Shown one piece after another: positions 27,601 through 36,562 of a stretch of 64,000 nt of DNA. A program made the translations under genes and the position numbers. Every line of letters starts with the position of its first letter. Positions within the stretch are counted from its first letter, which is position 1. The stretch is from Candidatus Woesearchaeota archaeon (GTDB taxonomy: Archaea; Nanobdellota; Nanobdellia; Woesearchaeales; GW2011-AR15). The notes beneath the pieces were generated by a model that was given only the letters and a program-made list of their open reading frames with translations, was not told the DNA's origin and made no database searches. The stretch lies in NCBI GenBank assembly GCA_016928835.1, contig JAFGJW010000014.1, forward strand, positions 27,751 through 91,750. The letters run 5' to 3'.

Positions 27601-27929
27601 CAGTTGCTGTGGCCAAGGCTGCTATGGCAGGCCAACTGGGAGCAAGCATCAACCTAGGGTCCTTGTCCTCTGAAATACTTTCTATTGATGAACGACTCCT
27701 CTATTCTGAGACTCCTGGAAGGTTCATTATTACAATAGCCCCGCAGGATAAAGAGAGCTTTGAGAAACTTCTCGGACAAGTGCCATATTATCAAATTGGA
27801 ACAGTTGTTACTCAAGATATTCATATAACAAGAGTAAATGGGTCTAAAGAATCTCTTGCACTCCAAAAAATAAAATCAGCTTACCAAGGTCCATTAAGTT
27901 TCAGCTTGCAGGAAGTGAAAGATGGTTAA
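24657..27929 (+). CDS. purL: FGAM synthase, large-type PurL (N-terminal PurS-like region + linker + synthetase) lacking the glutaminase domain
   Basis: ETHNSPSNKEPIQGAKTGIDGVNRDI catalytic motif at ~aa 357; duplicated AIRS-like halves; 1090 aa. Confidence 0.85.
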   Translation: MGNLITPEFRKGFFYLLPPEITGKVVSSIQVGPFHEVGLAAELNKFFGLSIEDLWRINQYILVHSQGIQGLEQLVQGKPFVDPVIQRASLNSPLITELGIDYDHVLHSMLRPGTSDAQGNIALQQALLALGQPLTDGDQGFFARQYFLKGKLTLEEVEAVSAFLANPELMLRYNLSRADYQQGFQVQVPIVTLKPETKVERFDVANMSDQELLELNAQRKLAASLEELHQFRDMYRDKKFLEKRGDYGLDHHATDIEIETWFGLRSEHCFHKEFNACITLADLANDPIFAKALAEGFLSTDADGNYVLGDGLFKIFIEAPARAIHARLVERGRNWIASMFDDNSGVVFYDQDYMFCIKFETHNSPSNKEPIQGAKTGIDGVNRDIFGTMLGTFDAIANFFFYCTGDPSYAGWLPRGVKHPYVILKGITQGVREGGNESQIPTLGGGIITDPRYMAKCLVYCGTVGWSPVCSDEGRSYLVKNPQVDDIVLVAGQPVGIDGVHGATESSLSAGAHISLGHVQADFSFIQAKLKQYLLEVARARLLSSVTDFGAMGLGSAAIETARATNGLELDLALHPVKYQGIQPWQVIASETQDRMLLVARPDNLSQLLEKAGVHDVEVAQLGRLTDTGYVHLTYNGKSVALIDIDRLFDKEPRKRMYATWTQRAVQEEISIRGCYSLEESLCMVMQRPDVASKEWFFRQKDSGVKGGTIQGPLIGLEQAVEADATIQKPLETEGRDYGAIAYALGIAPKLCDIDPYFAAQRSFIDMVGKIIALGGALPDMQTPQWDAWAVCGNYCQPNSDANTTLASESGEHNLAALIREGIAVRECVEKFGIPVISGKDSMKCSCRYEVDESFQLEVVPPDLRKHITLIRRGDKRFIEIHNPPTYLASAAVKIEDYRKCVNTAFKQAGDLIYIVGTTGNHLGASQYLQAIGYREQGTPLLGGICPQADLDEFVEVAHAVHAVIDQELVASCSYIHNGGLAVAVAKAAMAGQLGASINLGSLSSEILSIDERLLYSETPGRFIITIAPQDKESFEKLLGQVPYYQIGTVVTQDIHITRVNGSKESLALQKIKSAYQGPLSFSLQEVKDG

Positions 27930-28785
27930 GGTATATGTTGTTTATGGAGAGGGTATAGGTTGCCATGAAGAAGCAGCTCATGCTTATAGATTGGCAGGTG
28001 CTGGTATTGTTGAACTTATTCATATGAGGGAATTATTAGCGGGAAAAGATATATCTGACGGACAAATCCTTAATCTATCTGGTGGTTTTTTGCATGGAGA
28101 TATTTTAGGAGCAGGCATGTGCGCTGCAAATGAGATTGAACACGCAGTAGTTGGAGATAATGGGGAAAGATTGAAGGAATTGCTCTTAAGATTTGCACAA
28201 AAAGGAGTAATATATGGCCAGTGCAACGGATTCCAGGTTCTTGTACGGACAGGTTTATTGCCAGGTATTGACAGAGATTATTCGAGACAGACAGCAACAC
28301 TTGCACCTAATGATTGCGGCAGTTATTTTGTTTCACAAGTAATGCACCTTGTGGAGCAGAAAAAGAATCATTTTGCCTTTGATAGTATAGATTTTTTATA
28401 TTTGCCCTGCAGACATGGCGAAGGAAAAGTTGTATTTTATAGTCCGCACGGATCCATATCGGCAGAGGATGCAGAACAAAACCGAGCCAGAGTGAATGCA
28501 GAACATGTTCTATTGAGATATGTTCATCCTGAAACAAGGGAACAGACACAACAATTTCCTTACAACCCAAATGGTTCAATCGACGCGATTGCGGGTCTTG
28601 TTGATCCAACAGGACATATCTTTGGTCATATGGCACATCCTGAGGCAATTGTTCATCCATCGAGAGACCCCTGGTGGTTCCATATGAAAGATGAGCTAAG
28701 AAGACAAGGTTATTCTCTTAGGGACATTGTAGAGGAAGGGATCGCTCTCAGTATCTTTAGGAATGTTGTTGAATATGTGAGGTGA
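27922..28785 (+). CDS. purQ: FGAM synthase glutaminase subunit (PurQ-like class I GATase), separate gene overlapping purL by 8 nt
   Basis: GQCNGFQ catalytic Cys motif, HMAHPE His. Confidence 0.8.
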   Translation: MVKVYVVYGEGIGCHEEAAHAYRLAGAGIVELIHMRELLAGKDISDGQILNLSGGFLHGDILGAGMCAANEIEHAVVGDNGERLKELLLRFAQKGVIYGQCNGFQVLVRTGLLPGIDRDYSRQTATLAPNDCGSYFVSQVMHLVEQKKNHFAFDSIDFLYLPCRHGEGKVVFYSPHGSISAEDAEQNRARVNAEHVLLRYVHPETREQTQQFPYNPNGSIDAIAGLVDPTGHIFGHMAHPEAIVHPSRDPWWFHMKDELRRQGYSLRDIVEEGIALSIFRNVVEYVR

Positions 28786-28789
28786 GAAG

Positions 28790-29812
28790 ATGGGAATAAC
28801 TTATGCAAGTGCAGGAGTCAATGTTCAAACTGGAGAAAAAGTTGCCGGAGCATTAGACCAAGTAGTTAGGAAAACCTGGACCCATGATGTTGTGCCGGGT
28901 GTTTCCGGTTTCAAAGCAATGGTAGATAGGGGCAGCTATTATTTAATTGCTGGGATGGATGGAGTTGGTACAAAAGTACTTATAGCTGTGATGGCTAATA
29001 GTCTAACTACAGTTGGACAAGACCTTGTGGCAATGTGTGCTAATGATGTCTTAAGAGTAGGCGCAAAACCAATAATGTTTTTGGATTACATAGCCACTGG
29101 AATACTCTCACCAGAACAGCATTTACAGATTGTTGACGGAGTTGCTGAAGGCTGCAGAGTTGCAGGAGTTCCTCTAATAGGAGGAGAAACTGCTGAGATG
29201 CCTGGAATGTACAAAGAAGGCCATTTTGATTTAGTAGGGACTTGTGTGGGCATGGTTGAGAAGCATGGATTAATCGACGGAAGCCAAATAAGACCTGGCG
29301 CTGTGCTTGTTGGCATTGCATCTTCTGGTTTGCATAGCAATGGTTATTCACTGGTAAGACATGTGATTTTTAATAAACTTATGCATGGAATTGATGATTA
29401 TATTGGGGAAGTAGGTTGCACACTAGGTGAAGAATTATTAAGACCTACATTAATCTATTGTCAACCTGTTTTTGATTTATTGGCGGAATATCCGTGTTCA
29501 ATCCAGGGCCTAGCTCATATTACTGGCGGAGGTATGCCAAATAAACTGCCAAAAGCTCTTCCTGAAGGACTGGGTGCTGAGATTGTGTGGGGTAGCTGGC
29601 CGGTGCATCCAATATTTGGTTATATTGCCAAACATGGACCTGTTGAGCTAGATGAGATGAGAAGAACTTTCAATATGGGCATCGGCATGGTGGCGGTTGT
29701 TAATGATGCCAACATAGTACCTGATTTAATTGCCCGGTTAAGAGAGGGACATAATCTCCTAGCATATAATATCGGCAGAATAGTCGAAGGAGAGGGAGTA
29801 GAATATGTATAA
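28790..29812 (+). CDS. purM: phosphoribosylformylglycinamidine cyclo-ligase (AIR synthetase)
   Basis: N-terminal ITYASAGVNVQTGEK, PurM N/C domains. Confidence 0.9.
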   Translation: MGITYASAGVNVQTGEKVAGALDQVVRKTWTHDVVPGVSGFKAMVDRGSYYLIAGMDGVGTKVLIAVMANSLTTVGQDLVAMCANDVLRVGAKPIMFLDYIATGILSPEQHLQIVDGVAEGCRVAGVPLIGGETAEMPGMYKEGHFDLVGTCVGMVEKHGLIDGSQIRPGAVLVGIASSGLHSNGYSLVRHVIFNKLMHGIDDYIGEVGCTLGEELLRPTLIYCQPVFDLLAEYPCSIQGLAHITGGGMPNKLPKALPEGLGAEIVWGSWPVHPIFGYIAKHGPVELDEMRRTFNMGIGMVAVVNDANIVPDLIARLREGHNLLAYNIGRIVEGEGVEYV

Positions 29813-29916
29813 TCCATAAGGTAATCAAAATATTAGAAGAACAAAAATATGAAATCAAAATAGTTGGAAAATACTGTATGATAAGGAAAGGATAATTGAC
29901 TTTATGAGGTGTTGAA

Positions 29917-31365
29917 ATGGTCCAAACAAAACCAAAACCAATATTTCCAAAAGAATATGTTATCGACCCAAATACTCTTGCAGCACAGAGATATGGTACT
30001 CTAGAGATGGTGGAAATCTGGGGAGCAGAAGCTACGATGGATTACAGTTTACAAGTGCAAGGTCAGGCAGCAGTAACCTTATCTGAACTCTACCCAGACC
30101 TAGTTCCCCCGGATCATGCATCAGAGATAGCTGGAAAAGCGTCTATTCGCTACGTCTCACCTGATAGAATTCGAGAACTTGAGGCAAGAACCGGACATGA
30201 TGTTATTGCAATAAACACAGCTCTGGAAGAGCAGGTTAGTCCTGAAGCAGGTGCTCACATCAATAAAGCTAAAACTAGCGCTGACACAACACAGCCTGCA
30301 AGGGCTTTGCAGTTAAAAAGGTCACTAGTGGTTATTGCTGATTCAGTTGAAAATCTCAGGGATATTTTGCTTGAGGTAGCAATGGAAGGGATGGCTATTC
30401 CTCATATGGACCAATCTCATTTGATAGATGCTTTGCCAACATTTGCAGGAAGACCTCTTGTGCATTATGCAGAAATGCTGCAATCAGATTTGAGATGTTT
30501 AAAATATGTCCATGACAACTCAATAATAGGTAAATGGGCAGATGCAACAGGCAATCATCATTCCGCAACTCTTCTAGGGATAGATGGAATCCTTCTACAG
30601 CAGGAGTACTGCAAAGCTTTGGGAATAGGGTACATGGATGCGCCTGCACAACTCCCCGGCTTGGAATTTGAAGCGGATATTGCGTTTGCAATGGCAAGAA
30701 TAGCAGAAACAATGAATAATATTGCCAGGTACCTTGCTATGGGCAAAGGCACTGACACCAATGTTTTTAGTGACACTAACCCAAGAAGGAGAAAAGGTTC
30801 TTCAGGAATGCCGCACAAAGATATGGTCGGAGGGAATCCAACTGCTGAGGAACAAGTTATGTCTCTGAGAAATTATCTTCATGGTCTGGTCGCCACTGCA
30901 CTTGATAATTGCCAGTTCCCATATTGCAGAGATCTGTCAGCATCATCTAATGCAAGAATTAATTTTGAGGACGGATTTAAGTATTTGGACCATTGCATTC
31001 GAAGACTTGCCAGCGCCGTCTATTGGCTCGGAATAAATGAAGATAGATCCAGAGAAAGGGTTGAAAGAACGTTTGGTGTTGTTACATCGCAGGCAGTGAT
31101 GACTTATCTCACAGACCAAAGGTTTGTAGCAAATCCTATGGTAAGAAGTGAAGCGCATAATCTTACAGCAAGACTGGCAACAGAAGCATATGAACAGAGA
31201 AGACCTTATATTGAGGTTTTATTAGAATGTGAGGAAGTTACCTCAAGAATTGATGAACAAACCTTAAGGAAAATAACAGATCCTTCACAGTATGTAGGTG
31301 AAAGTCAAAGAATAATTCAGACTGTTTTTAATAAATATTATCAAGTAAAAACTCTAACAGGTTAG
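29917..31365 (+). CDS. purB: adenylosuccinate-lyase-like (fumarate lyase superfamily), divergent
   Basis: GSSGMPHKDMVGGNP resembles the GSSxMPxKxN signature; N-terminal RYGT.EM..IW; pur-cluster context. Confidence 0.55.
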   Translation: MVQTKPKPIFPKEYVIDPNTLAAQRYGTLEMVEIWGAEATMDYSLQVQGQAAVTLSELYPDLVPPDHASEIAGKASIRYVSPDRIRELEARTGHDVIAINTALEEQVSPEAGAHINKAKTSADTTQPARALQLKRSLVVIADSVENLRDILLEVAMEGMAIPHMDQSHLIDALPTFAGRPLVHYAEMLQSDLRCLKYVHDNSIIGKWADATGNHHSATLLGIDGILLQQEYCKALGIGYMDAPAQLPGLEFEADIAFAMARIAETMNNIARYLAMGKGTDTNVFSDTNPRRRKGSSGMPHKDMVGGNPTAEEQVMSLRNYLHGLVATALDNCQFPYCRDLSASSNARINFEDGFKYLDHCIRRLASAVYWLGINEDRSRERVERTFGVVTSQAVMTYLTDQRFVANPMVRSEAHNLTARLATEAYEQRRPYIEVLLECEEVTSRIDEQTLRKITDPSQYVGESQRIIQTVFNKYYQVKTLTG

Positions 31366-31448
31366 ACAATATAAAGGTAAATATAAATATCTAAGAAATA
31401 TTAACAAATCACTAAATATTTAAAAGAAAAACATTATTTCTTATTCTA

Positions 31449-32057
31449 ATGATAGTAACAAAGAAAAAGAGTTTTGAAGAGGTATTAGAATTAATTAACG
31501 AGTATAACAAGATAATTCTTATTGGCTGCGGTGATTGTGCCACATTATGCAAGACAGGCGGAGAAGAGGAAGTATTGGAACTAAAAAAACAATTGGAGGA
31601 CAAAGGTAAATCTGTTGTATACACTTCTGTTATTGACACTGCCTGCGATCAAAGACTTGTGAAATTAGAAATAAAAAAATTTCCAAAAGAGTATGATTGC
31701 ATTCTCAGCCTGAGTTGCGGCTCTGGTGCACAGGCAATTTCCTCTTTAATAGGAAAACCTATTTTTCCTGCAACTGATACATTATATGCTGGTGTTACAA
31801 AGAGGATTGGAGATTTTAAAAAAATGTGTTTATTATGTGGCAGATGCATTATCGGAGAATATGCTGGCATCTGCCCGATAACAATGTGCTCCAAGTCATT
31901 ACTCAACGGCCCGTGCGGAGGCTCAGACAACGGCAAGTGTGAAACAGATCCAGACAAGGATTGTGCATGGCAGTTGATTTTTGACAGATTGAAAGAACAA
32001 AAAAAGCTGCATATACTTGACAGCTATAAAGAACCTAAAGAATGGAACATAAAATGA
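31449..32057 (+). CDS. MetV-like zinc/FeS Cys-rich protein (MTHFR C-terminal-domain-like small subunit)
   Basis: Cys-rich segments CGDCATLC, LSCGSGAQA, CLLCGRC...CPITMC...NGPCGG..GKCE...DCAW; overlaps metF start. Confidence 0.55.
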   Translation: MIVTKKKSFEEVLELINEYNKIILIGCGDCATLCKTGGEEEVLELKKQLEDKGKSVVYTSVIDTACDQRLVKLEIKKFPKEYDCILSLSCGSGAQAISSLIGKPIFPATDTLYAGVTKRIGDFKKMCLLCGRCIIGEYAGICPITMCSKSLLNGPCGGSDNGKCETDPDKDCAWQLIFDRLKEQKKLHILDSYKEPKEWNIK

Positions 32058-32926
32058 ATTTTGCCACCAAATTGTCAAATAATAAATTCACAGTTTGTGC
32101 AGAAGTAAATCCACCTCATGGAACAAATACCTTAGAAATAATTAATGACCTCAAGAAAATCAAAGATAAGGTAGATGCATTCAATGTTACAGATAACTCT
32201 CTTTCCAGAATGACAATGTCACCGCTTGCGTTTTCAAAAATCTTGCTAGATAATGGATTAGAGCCGATTATGCATATTACATGCAGGGATAAAAATAGAC
32301 TGGCTATGCAGTCAGAGCTATTGGGTGCCTATGCACTTGGGATAAGAAACCTACTGGCGCTTACAGGAGATGCTATCTCGGTTGGCAACTTTCCTGATGC
32401 GAAGGCTGTATTTGATATTGATTCTGTCCAGTTGGTAGATTTGATTTCAAAATTGAATAAGAGTTTTGATTTAAACAACAAAGGGTTGTCTTCTAGAACT
32501 GATTTTCTTATTGGAGCAGCTGTAAATCCGAACACAACTTTTGTGGATGGCCAAATACTTAAAATGAAAAAAAAGAGAGAACATGGGGCTTCTTTTTTTC
32601 AGACCCAGCCGATCTTTGATGTTGATAAATATAAAAAGTTTATTAATAAAATAAAAAAGATCAAACAACTCCAAAATGTAAAAATTATTTGCGGAATTAT
32701 TATTTTAAAGTCTGTGAAGCATGCCCATTTCTTGAACAAGAAAGCGCCGGGAATAAAGATACCGGAGCGCATAGTACAGGATCTCGCCAATGCCAAGTTC
32801 CCTGAAAAAAGAGCAATAGAGATAGCTTCTAACATTATTAATGAAGTGAAACCAATTAGCCAAGGCATACATTTTGCCAATATAGATGACTACTCTGTTC
32901 TTGCGCAATTTCTTAATAAACTATAA
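32042..32926 (+). CDS. metF: 5,10-methylenetetrahydrofolate reductase
   Basis: FSVEVNPP-like FTVCAEVNPPHG, HITCRD, LALTGD motifs. Confidence 0.75.
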   Translation: MEHKMNFATKLSNNKFTVCAEVNPPHGTNTLEIINDLKKIKDKVDAFNVTDNSLSRMTMSPLAFSKILLDNGLEPIMHITCRDKNRLAMQSELLGAYALGIRNLLALTGDAISVGNFPDAKAVFDIDSVQLVDLISKLNKSFDLNNKGLSSRTDFLIGAAVNPNTTFVDGQILKMKKKREHGASFFQTQPIFDVDKYKKFINKIKKIKQLQNVKIICGIIILKSVKHAHFLNKKAPGIKIPERIVQDLANAKFPEKRAIEIASNIINEVKPISQGIHFANIDDYSVLAQFLNKL

Positions 32927-33060
32927 ATATTCTTATTGGAATAATTATTAAAGTATTTTATGAACTTGATTAGAAACATATAATAAAAATTAGAAAAATT
33001 TATATACTAATGATAACATTAAAAATTGCACATATAATTAACATAAAAGAGGTAACAAAA

Positions 33061-33141
33061 ATGCCAAAAAAGAAAGCAAAAAAGAAAGCTACTAAAAAGA
33101 AGACTACTAAGAAAAAAACTAAAAAAAAGAAAAAAAGGTAG
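33061..33141 (+). CDS. 26-aa extremely Lys-rich peptide ORF (MPKKKAKKKATKKKTTKKKTKKKKKR); speculative
   Basis: ATG preceded by GAGGT; followed 35 nt later by a perfect hairpin plus T-run. Confidence 0.2.
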   Translation: MPKKKAKKKATKKKTTKKKTKKKKKR

Positions 33142-33176
33142 TTGTCTAATACCTGCAAAATCGTCATTTTCTTTTT

Positions 33177-33192
33177 CCCCACGACAGTGGGG
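33177..33192 (+). terminator. perfect 6-bp GC hairpin CCCCAC-gaca-GTGGGG flanked by T-runs
   Basis: Read directly from the sequence; T-tracts on both sides (archaeal terminators are oligo-T). Confidence 0.4.
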
Positions 33193-33243
33193 TTTTCCTT
33201 TCTTCGCAAAACTTTTTAAGTTTCTTCAAGTTCTTTTGCATAT

Positions 33244-35574
33244 ATGAATGGATTTATTGTATATCCCACTTATAGAATTATTGAAAAAAAGGCTTTTGTT
33301 TATCTTTTTGGAAGACTTGAGAATGGAGAATCCTTCCTTACAATAAATGAGTTCAAACCATATTTTTATATTGATGAGAAAGCCATTGAAACAGCAAAGA
33401 AGATTGAGTTTGAGGGAGCATATGAAATTGAAAGGACCAGATTAAAGAATTTTAATAATCAACCTGTAGCCAAGGTTACCCTTGAAGTACCAAAAGAAGT
33501 GCCGATTCTAAGAGACAAATTAAAAGAACAAAATATTGAGACATATGAAGCTGATATAAGATTTGTGTATAGGTTCCTGATAGACCATGGACTTAAGGGA
33601 GCAGTTAGCATAAAAGGAGAATATAAGAAAGGAAACTTTGTAAACAGGATTTATGAGAACCCAAAATTAGCTCCAGCTGAGTTTAAGCCGCAACTTAAAG
33701 TCCTTTCTTTTGACATTGAAACTAGTCCTGAGGCAGATGAAATTTATTCTATCGCACTTTATTGTGAGAATTACAAAAAAGTGCTGATAGTGTCAGATAC
33801 AAAATTAAACAATGCTGTTAGCTTTTCAGATGAAAAATCAATGCTTGAATTTTTTAAGGAAAAAATCATCGAGCTTGATCCAGATATAATCACAGGATGG
33901 AATGTAATTGATTTTGATTTGAGCGTAATCAAAAACAGGCTTGATAATTACAATATCAAGTTTAATATAGGCAGGGCAGAATGGCCTACCAGAATCAGAG
34001 TATATGAATCTTTTTGGAAAGATTCTGATGCTGATGTTCCGGGCAGGATGGTTTTAGATGGAATGCACTTAATAAGAATTTCTTTTTTAAGATTAGAAGA
34101 TTACAAACTGGAGACTGCTGCCCGCGCGTTGCTTGGTGAATCCAAATTACAAGTGTTTAACTATAAAGATAAAGCAGCAGAGATAAGGAGGTTATTTGAT
34201 AAAGAGCCGCAAAAATTGGCAGACTATAATTTAAAGGATGCGGAGCTTGTTTACAAAATTCTTGAAAAAAAGGGATTAATTGACTTAAGTATACAGAGAT
34301 CTCTGCTTACTGGAATGCAGCTTGACAGGGTAAAGGCTTCTATCGCCTCATTAGATAACCTGTATTTGAGAGAGACTAAAACACTCGGCTATGTCTGCAA
34401 GTCATCTGATTATAAAGAAAGGGGGGCAAGGATCATTGGCGGCTATGTCCGCGACTCAATACCTGGGATATATGATAATATAATTGTCCTGGATTTCAAG
34501 AGCCTGTATCCAAGCATAATGCGTACTTTCAACATTGACCCCTTGTCTTATGTTCCAGAAGATAAAGAAAAGAATTATAAAAACTCAGAGCTGATCGAAT
34601 CACCTAATGGCGCAAAATTCCTTAAAAAGGATGGCATCATGCCTCAAATAATCCAGCGGTTATGGGAACAGAGGGATAAGGCAAAGAGAAAAGGGAATAA
34701 AGAAGAAAGTTATGCAATCAAAATTACCATGAATAGTTTCTTTGGGGTAATGGCAAATCCGATGTGCCGCTTTTATAATTTAAACACTGCGAATGCAATA
34801 ACCCATTTTGGACAATACATTGTAAAGGAAACAGCTGAGCTGGTACATAAAGAAGGTTATATTGTAATATATGGGGACACAGACAGTATTTTTGTAAAAA
34901 CAGATGCCAACAAGCTAGAAGAAGCAGAGAAGATTGGCAGGCATATCCAGGAAGAGATTAACATCTACTGGAATAATTATGTGAAGAAAAAATACAATAA
35001 AAAATCTTTCCTTGAGCTTCAGTTTGAGAAAACCTACTTAAGGTTTTTAATGCCCAGGATAAGGGGGAGTGAGAAGGGCGCCAAGAAGAGGTATGTTGGC
35101 TTGCTTATTCAAGACGGCAAAGAAAAGATTGATTTTACTGGGTTAGAGTTTGTAAGAAGGGACTGGACAGAGCTGTCCAAAAAATTTCAGATGGATCTGC
35201 TAGACAGAATATTTCATAAAAAAGAGATTAGTGATTATATCAAACAATTTGTTGATGATGTAAAACAAGGAAAATACAACTCCCTTTTGATATATAAAAA
35301 GGCAATTAGAAAGGACTTAAGGAGATATGTAAAGACAACTCCGCCGCATGTTAAAGCAGCAAGAAAATTGGACAAGTTGACGAGCAATATTATTGAATAT
35401 GTTATTACAGAAGACGGTCCTGAGCCTGTGCAGGATATAAGGCATCCGATTGACTATGAACACTACATAGAAAAGCAGATAAAACCCATTGCTGACTCTG
35501 TCTTAATATTTTATAAACAGAAGTTTGATGACATTGTCAAAGGAAGTTCTCAGAAGACATTATTTAGCTATTAA
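33244..35574 (+). CDS. polB: family B DNA polymerase
   Basis: Exo motifs (FDIET), DFKSLYPSIM (motif A), YGDTDSIFV (motif C), KKRY. Confidence 0.9.
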   Translation: MNGFIVYPTYRIIEKKAFVYLFGRLENGESFLTINEFKPYFYIDEKAIETAKKIEFEGAYEIERTRLKNFNNQPVAKVTLEVPKEVPILRDKLKEQNIETYEADIRFVYRFLIDHGLKGAVSIKGEYKKGNFVNRIYENPKLAPAEFKPQLKVLSFDIETSPEADEIYSIALYCENYKKVLIVSDTKLNNAVSFSDEKSMLEFFKEKIIELDPDIITGWNVIDFDLSVIKNRLDNYNIKFNIGRAEWPTRIRVYESFWKDSDADVPGRMVLDGMHLIRISFLRLEDYKLETAARALLGESKLQVFNYKDKAAEIRRLFDKEPQKLADYNLKDAELVYKILEKKGLIDLSIQRSLLTGMQLDRVKASIASLDNLYLRETKTLGYVCKSSDYKERGARIIGGYVRDSIPGIYDNIIVLDFKSLYPSIMRTFNIDPLSYVPEDKEKNYKNSELIESPNGAKFLKKDGIMPQIIQRLWEQRDKAKRKGNKEESYAIKITMNSFFGVMANPMCRFYNLNTANAITHFGQYIVKETAELVHKEGYIVIYGDTDSIFVKTDANKLEEAEKIGRHIQEEINIYWNNYVKKKYNKKSFLELQFEKTYLRFLMPRIRGSEKGAKKRYVGLLIQDGKEKIDFTGLEFVRRDWTELSKKFQMDLLDRIFHKKEISDYIKQFVDDVKQGKYNSLLIYKKAIRKDLRRYVKTTPPHVKAARKLDKLTSNIIEYVITEDGPEPVQDIRHPIDYEHYIEKQIKPIADSVLIFYKQKFDDIVKGSSQKTLFSY

Positions 35575-36114
35575 AGAATATATCGGCTGTGCGATTGTTG
35601 AGAAGAGAATTACATTGATAACCGCGTTTGTTATAAAGTGAGGCAGTGATTTAGGTAAAGCAGAGGGTGTAATGAGCAGAGTAAGTAAAATAAAAGCCAA
35701 GTTTAGTACAACAGTCAACACGATACCTAAAGTAATAATATTCACTGTTGGGAAAACTCCTGAGATAACACCAACTATGCTATAACCTGGTATGACCCAC
35801 AAGATATAAGGACCCATATGCCTGGACATCATTAAATGAAATACAATTAAAACAAATCCAATAAAAAAACCAGTTATGCTACCATAAACTATTCCACTTA
35901 TAACAGCAGCTAAGGTTACTAGCTCTAAACCAATATTTCTGCCTACAAGAGTATTTTGAAAAAAACTCACTAGGAAACTTAACGCAATTAGAACCGCTAG
36001 TACAAATATCTTTTTAAAGAATAAAAGTAATAGTAAGACAATTGCTAAGAGCAAGAGAATACTTCTGTGTCTATGATAAAAAGTCTCCTTAGACTTTTCA
36101 CTAAGCTTTTTCAT
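35560..36114 (-). CDS. multi-pass membrane protein, hypothetical
   Basis: ORF with 5-6 hydrophobic helices. Confidence 0.35.
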   Translation of the reverse strand: MKKLSEKSKETFYHRHRSILLLLAIVLLLLLFFKKIFVLAVLIALSFLVSFFQNTLVGRNIGLELVTLAAVISGIVYGSITGFFIGFVLIVFHLMMSRHMGPYILWVIPGYSIVGVISGVFPTVNIITLGIVLTVVLNLAFILLTLLITPSALPKSLPHFITNAVINVILFSTIAQPIYSLIAK

Positions 36115-36118
36115 AGAA

Positions 36119-36562
36119 TTAAGAAAAATGGCTTTGAGTTATAAATTTATTTATGGTTATATTAAGTAATTTGTCTTTTAATTTAAAATCAATTTTCTCT
36201 GGCTCTACCCATAAGAACTCTGTGTGTTCATCACTCAATTTTGTCTGATGGTTTTTGACAGTGCATAGATAGGTTATCCTAATAATCTGTTCATTGTCAT
36301 CTTTATGTATAGTAGAAGCATCAAGTATCTGTCTTATACTGTTAATCTCTAATCCGGTTTCTTCATATACCTCTCTCTTTAACCCTTCTATTGGTTCTTC
36401 TCCAAAATTAAGCCTGCCACCAGGTATGTCCCAGAATTCATGTGCATCATAGTTTTCATATTTATGAGAGCGTTTTATTAACAAGACTTTTCCATTATGA
36501 ACAATTAATGCTTTCACACCAATGAAAAATTTAGACATTATGATTATGTTCCTTCTCTCCAT
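36119..36562 (-). CDS. Nudix hydrolase (likely starts at the internal Met, ~36538)
   Basis: Nudix box GGRLNFGEEPIEGLKREVYEETGL. Confidence 0.75.
   Translation of the reverse strand: MERRNIIIMSKFFIGVKALIVHNGKVLLIKRSHKYENYDAHEFWDIPGGRLNFGEEPIEGLKREVYEETGLEINSIRQILDASTIHKDDNEQIIRITYLCTVKNHQTKLSDEHTEFLWVEPEKIDFKLKDKLLNITINKFITQSHFS

Noticed and set aside
33000-33209. 69-aa minus-strand ORF (poly-Phe/Leu)
   Set aside because: It is the antisense translation of an A-rich tract (poly-K on the + strand) with no start context; low-complexity artefact
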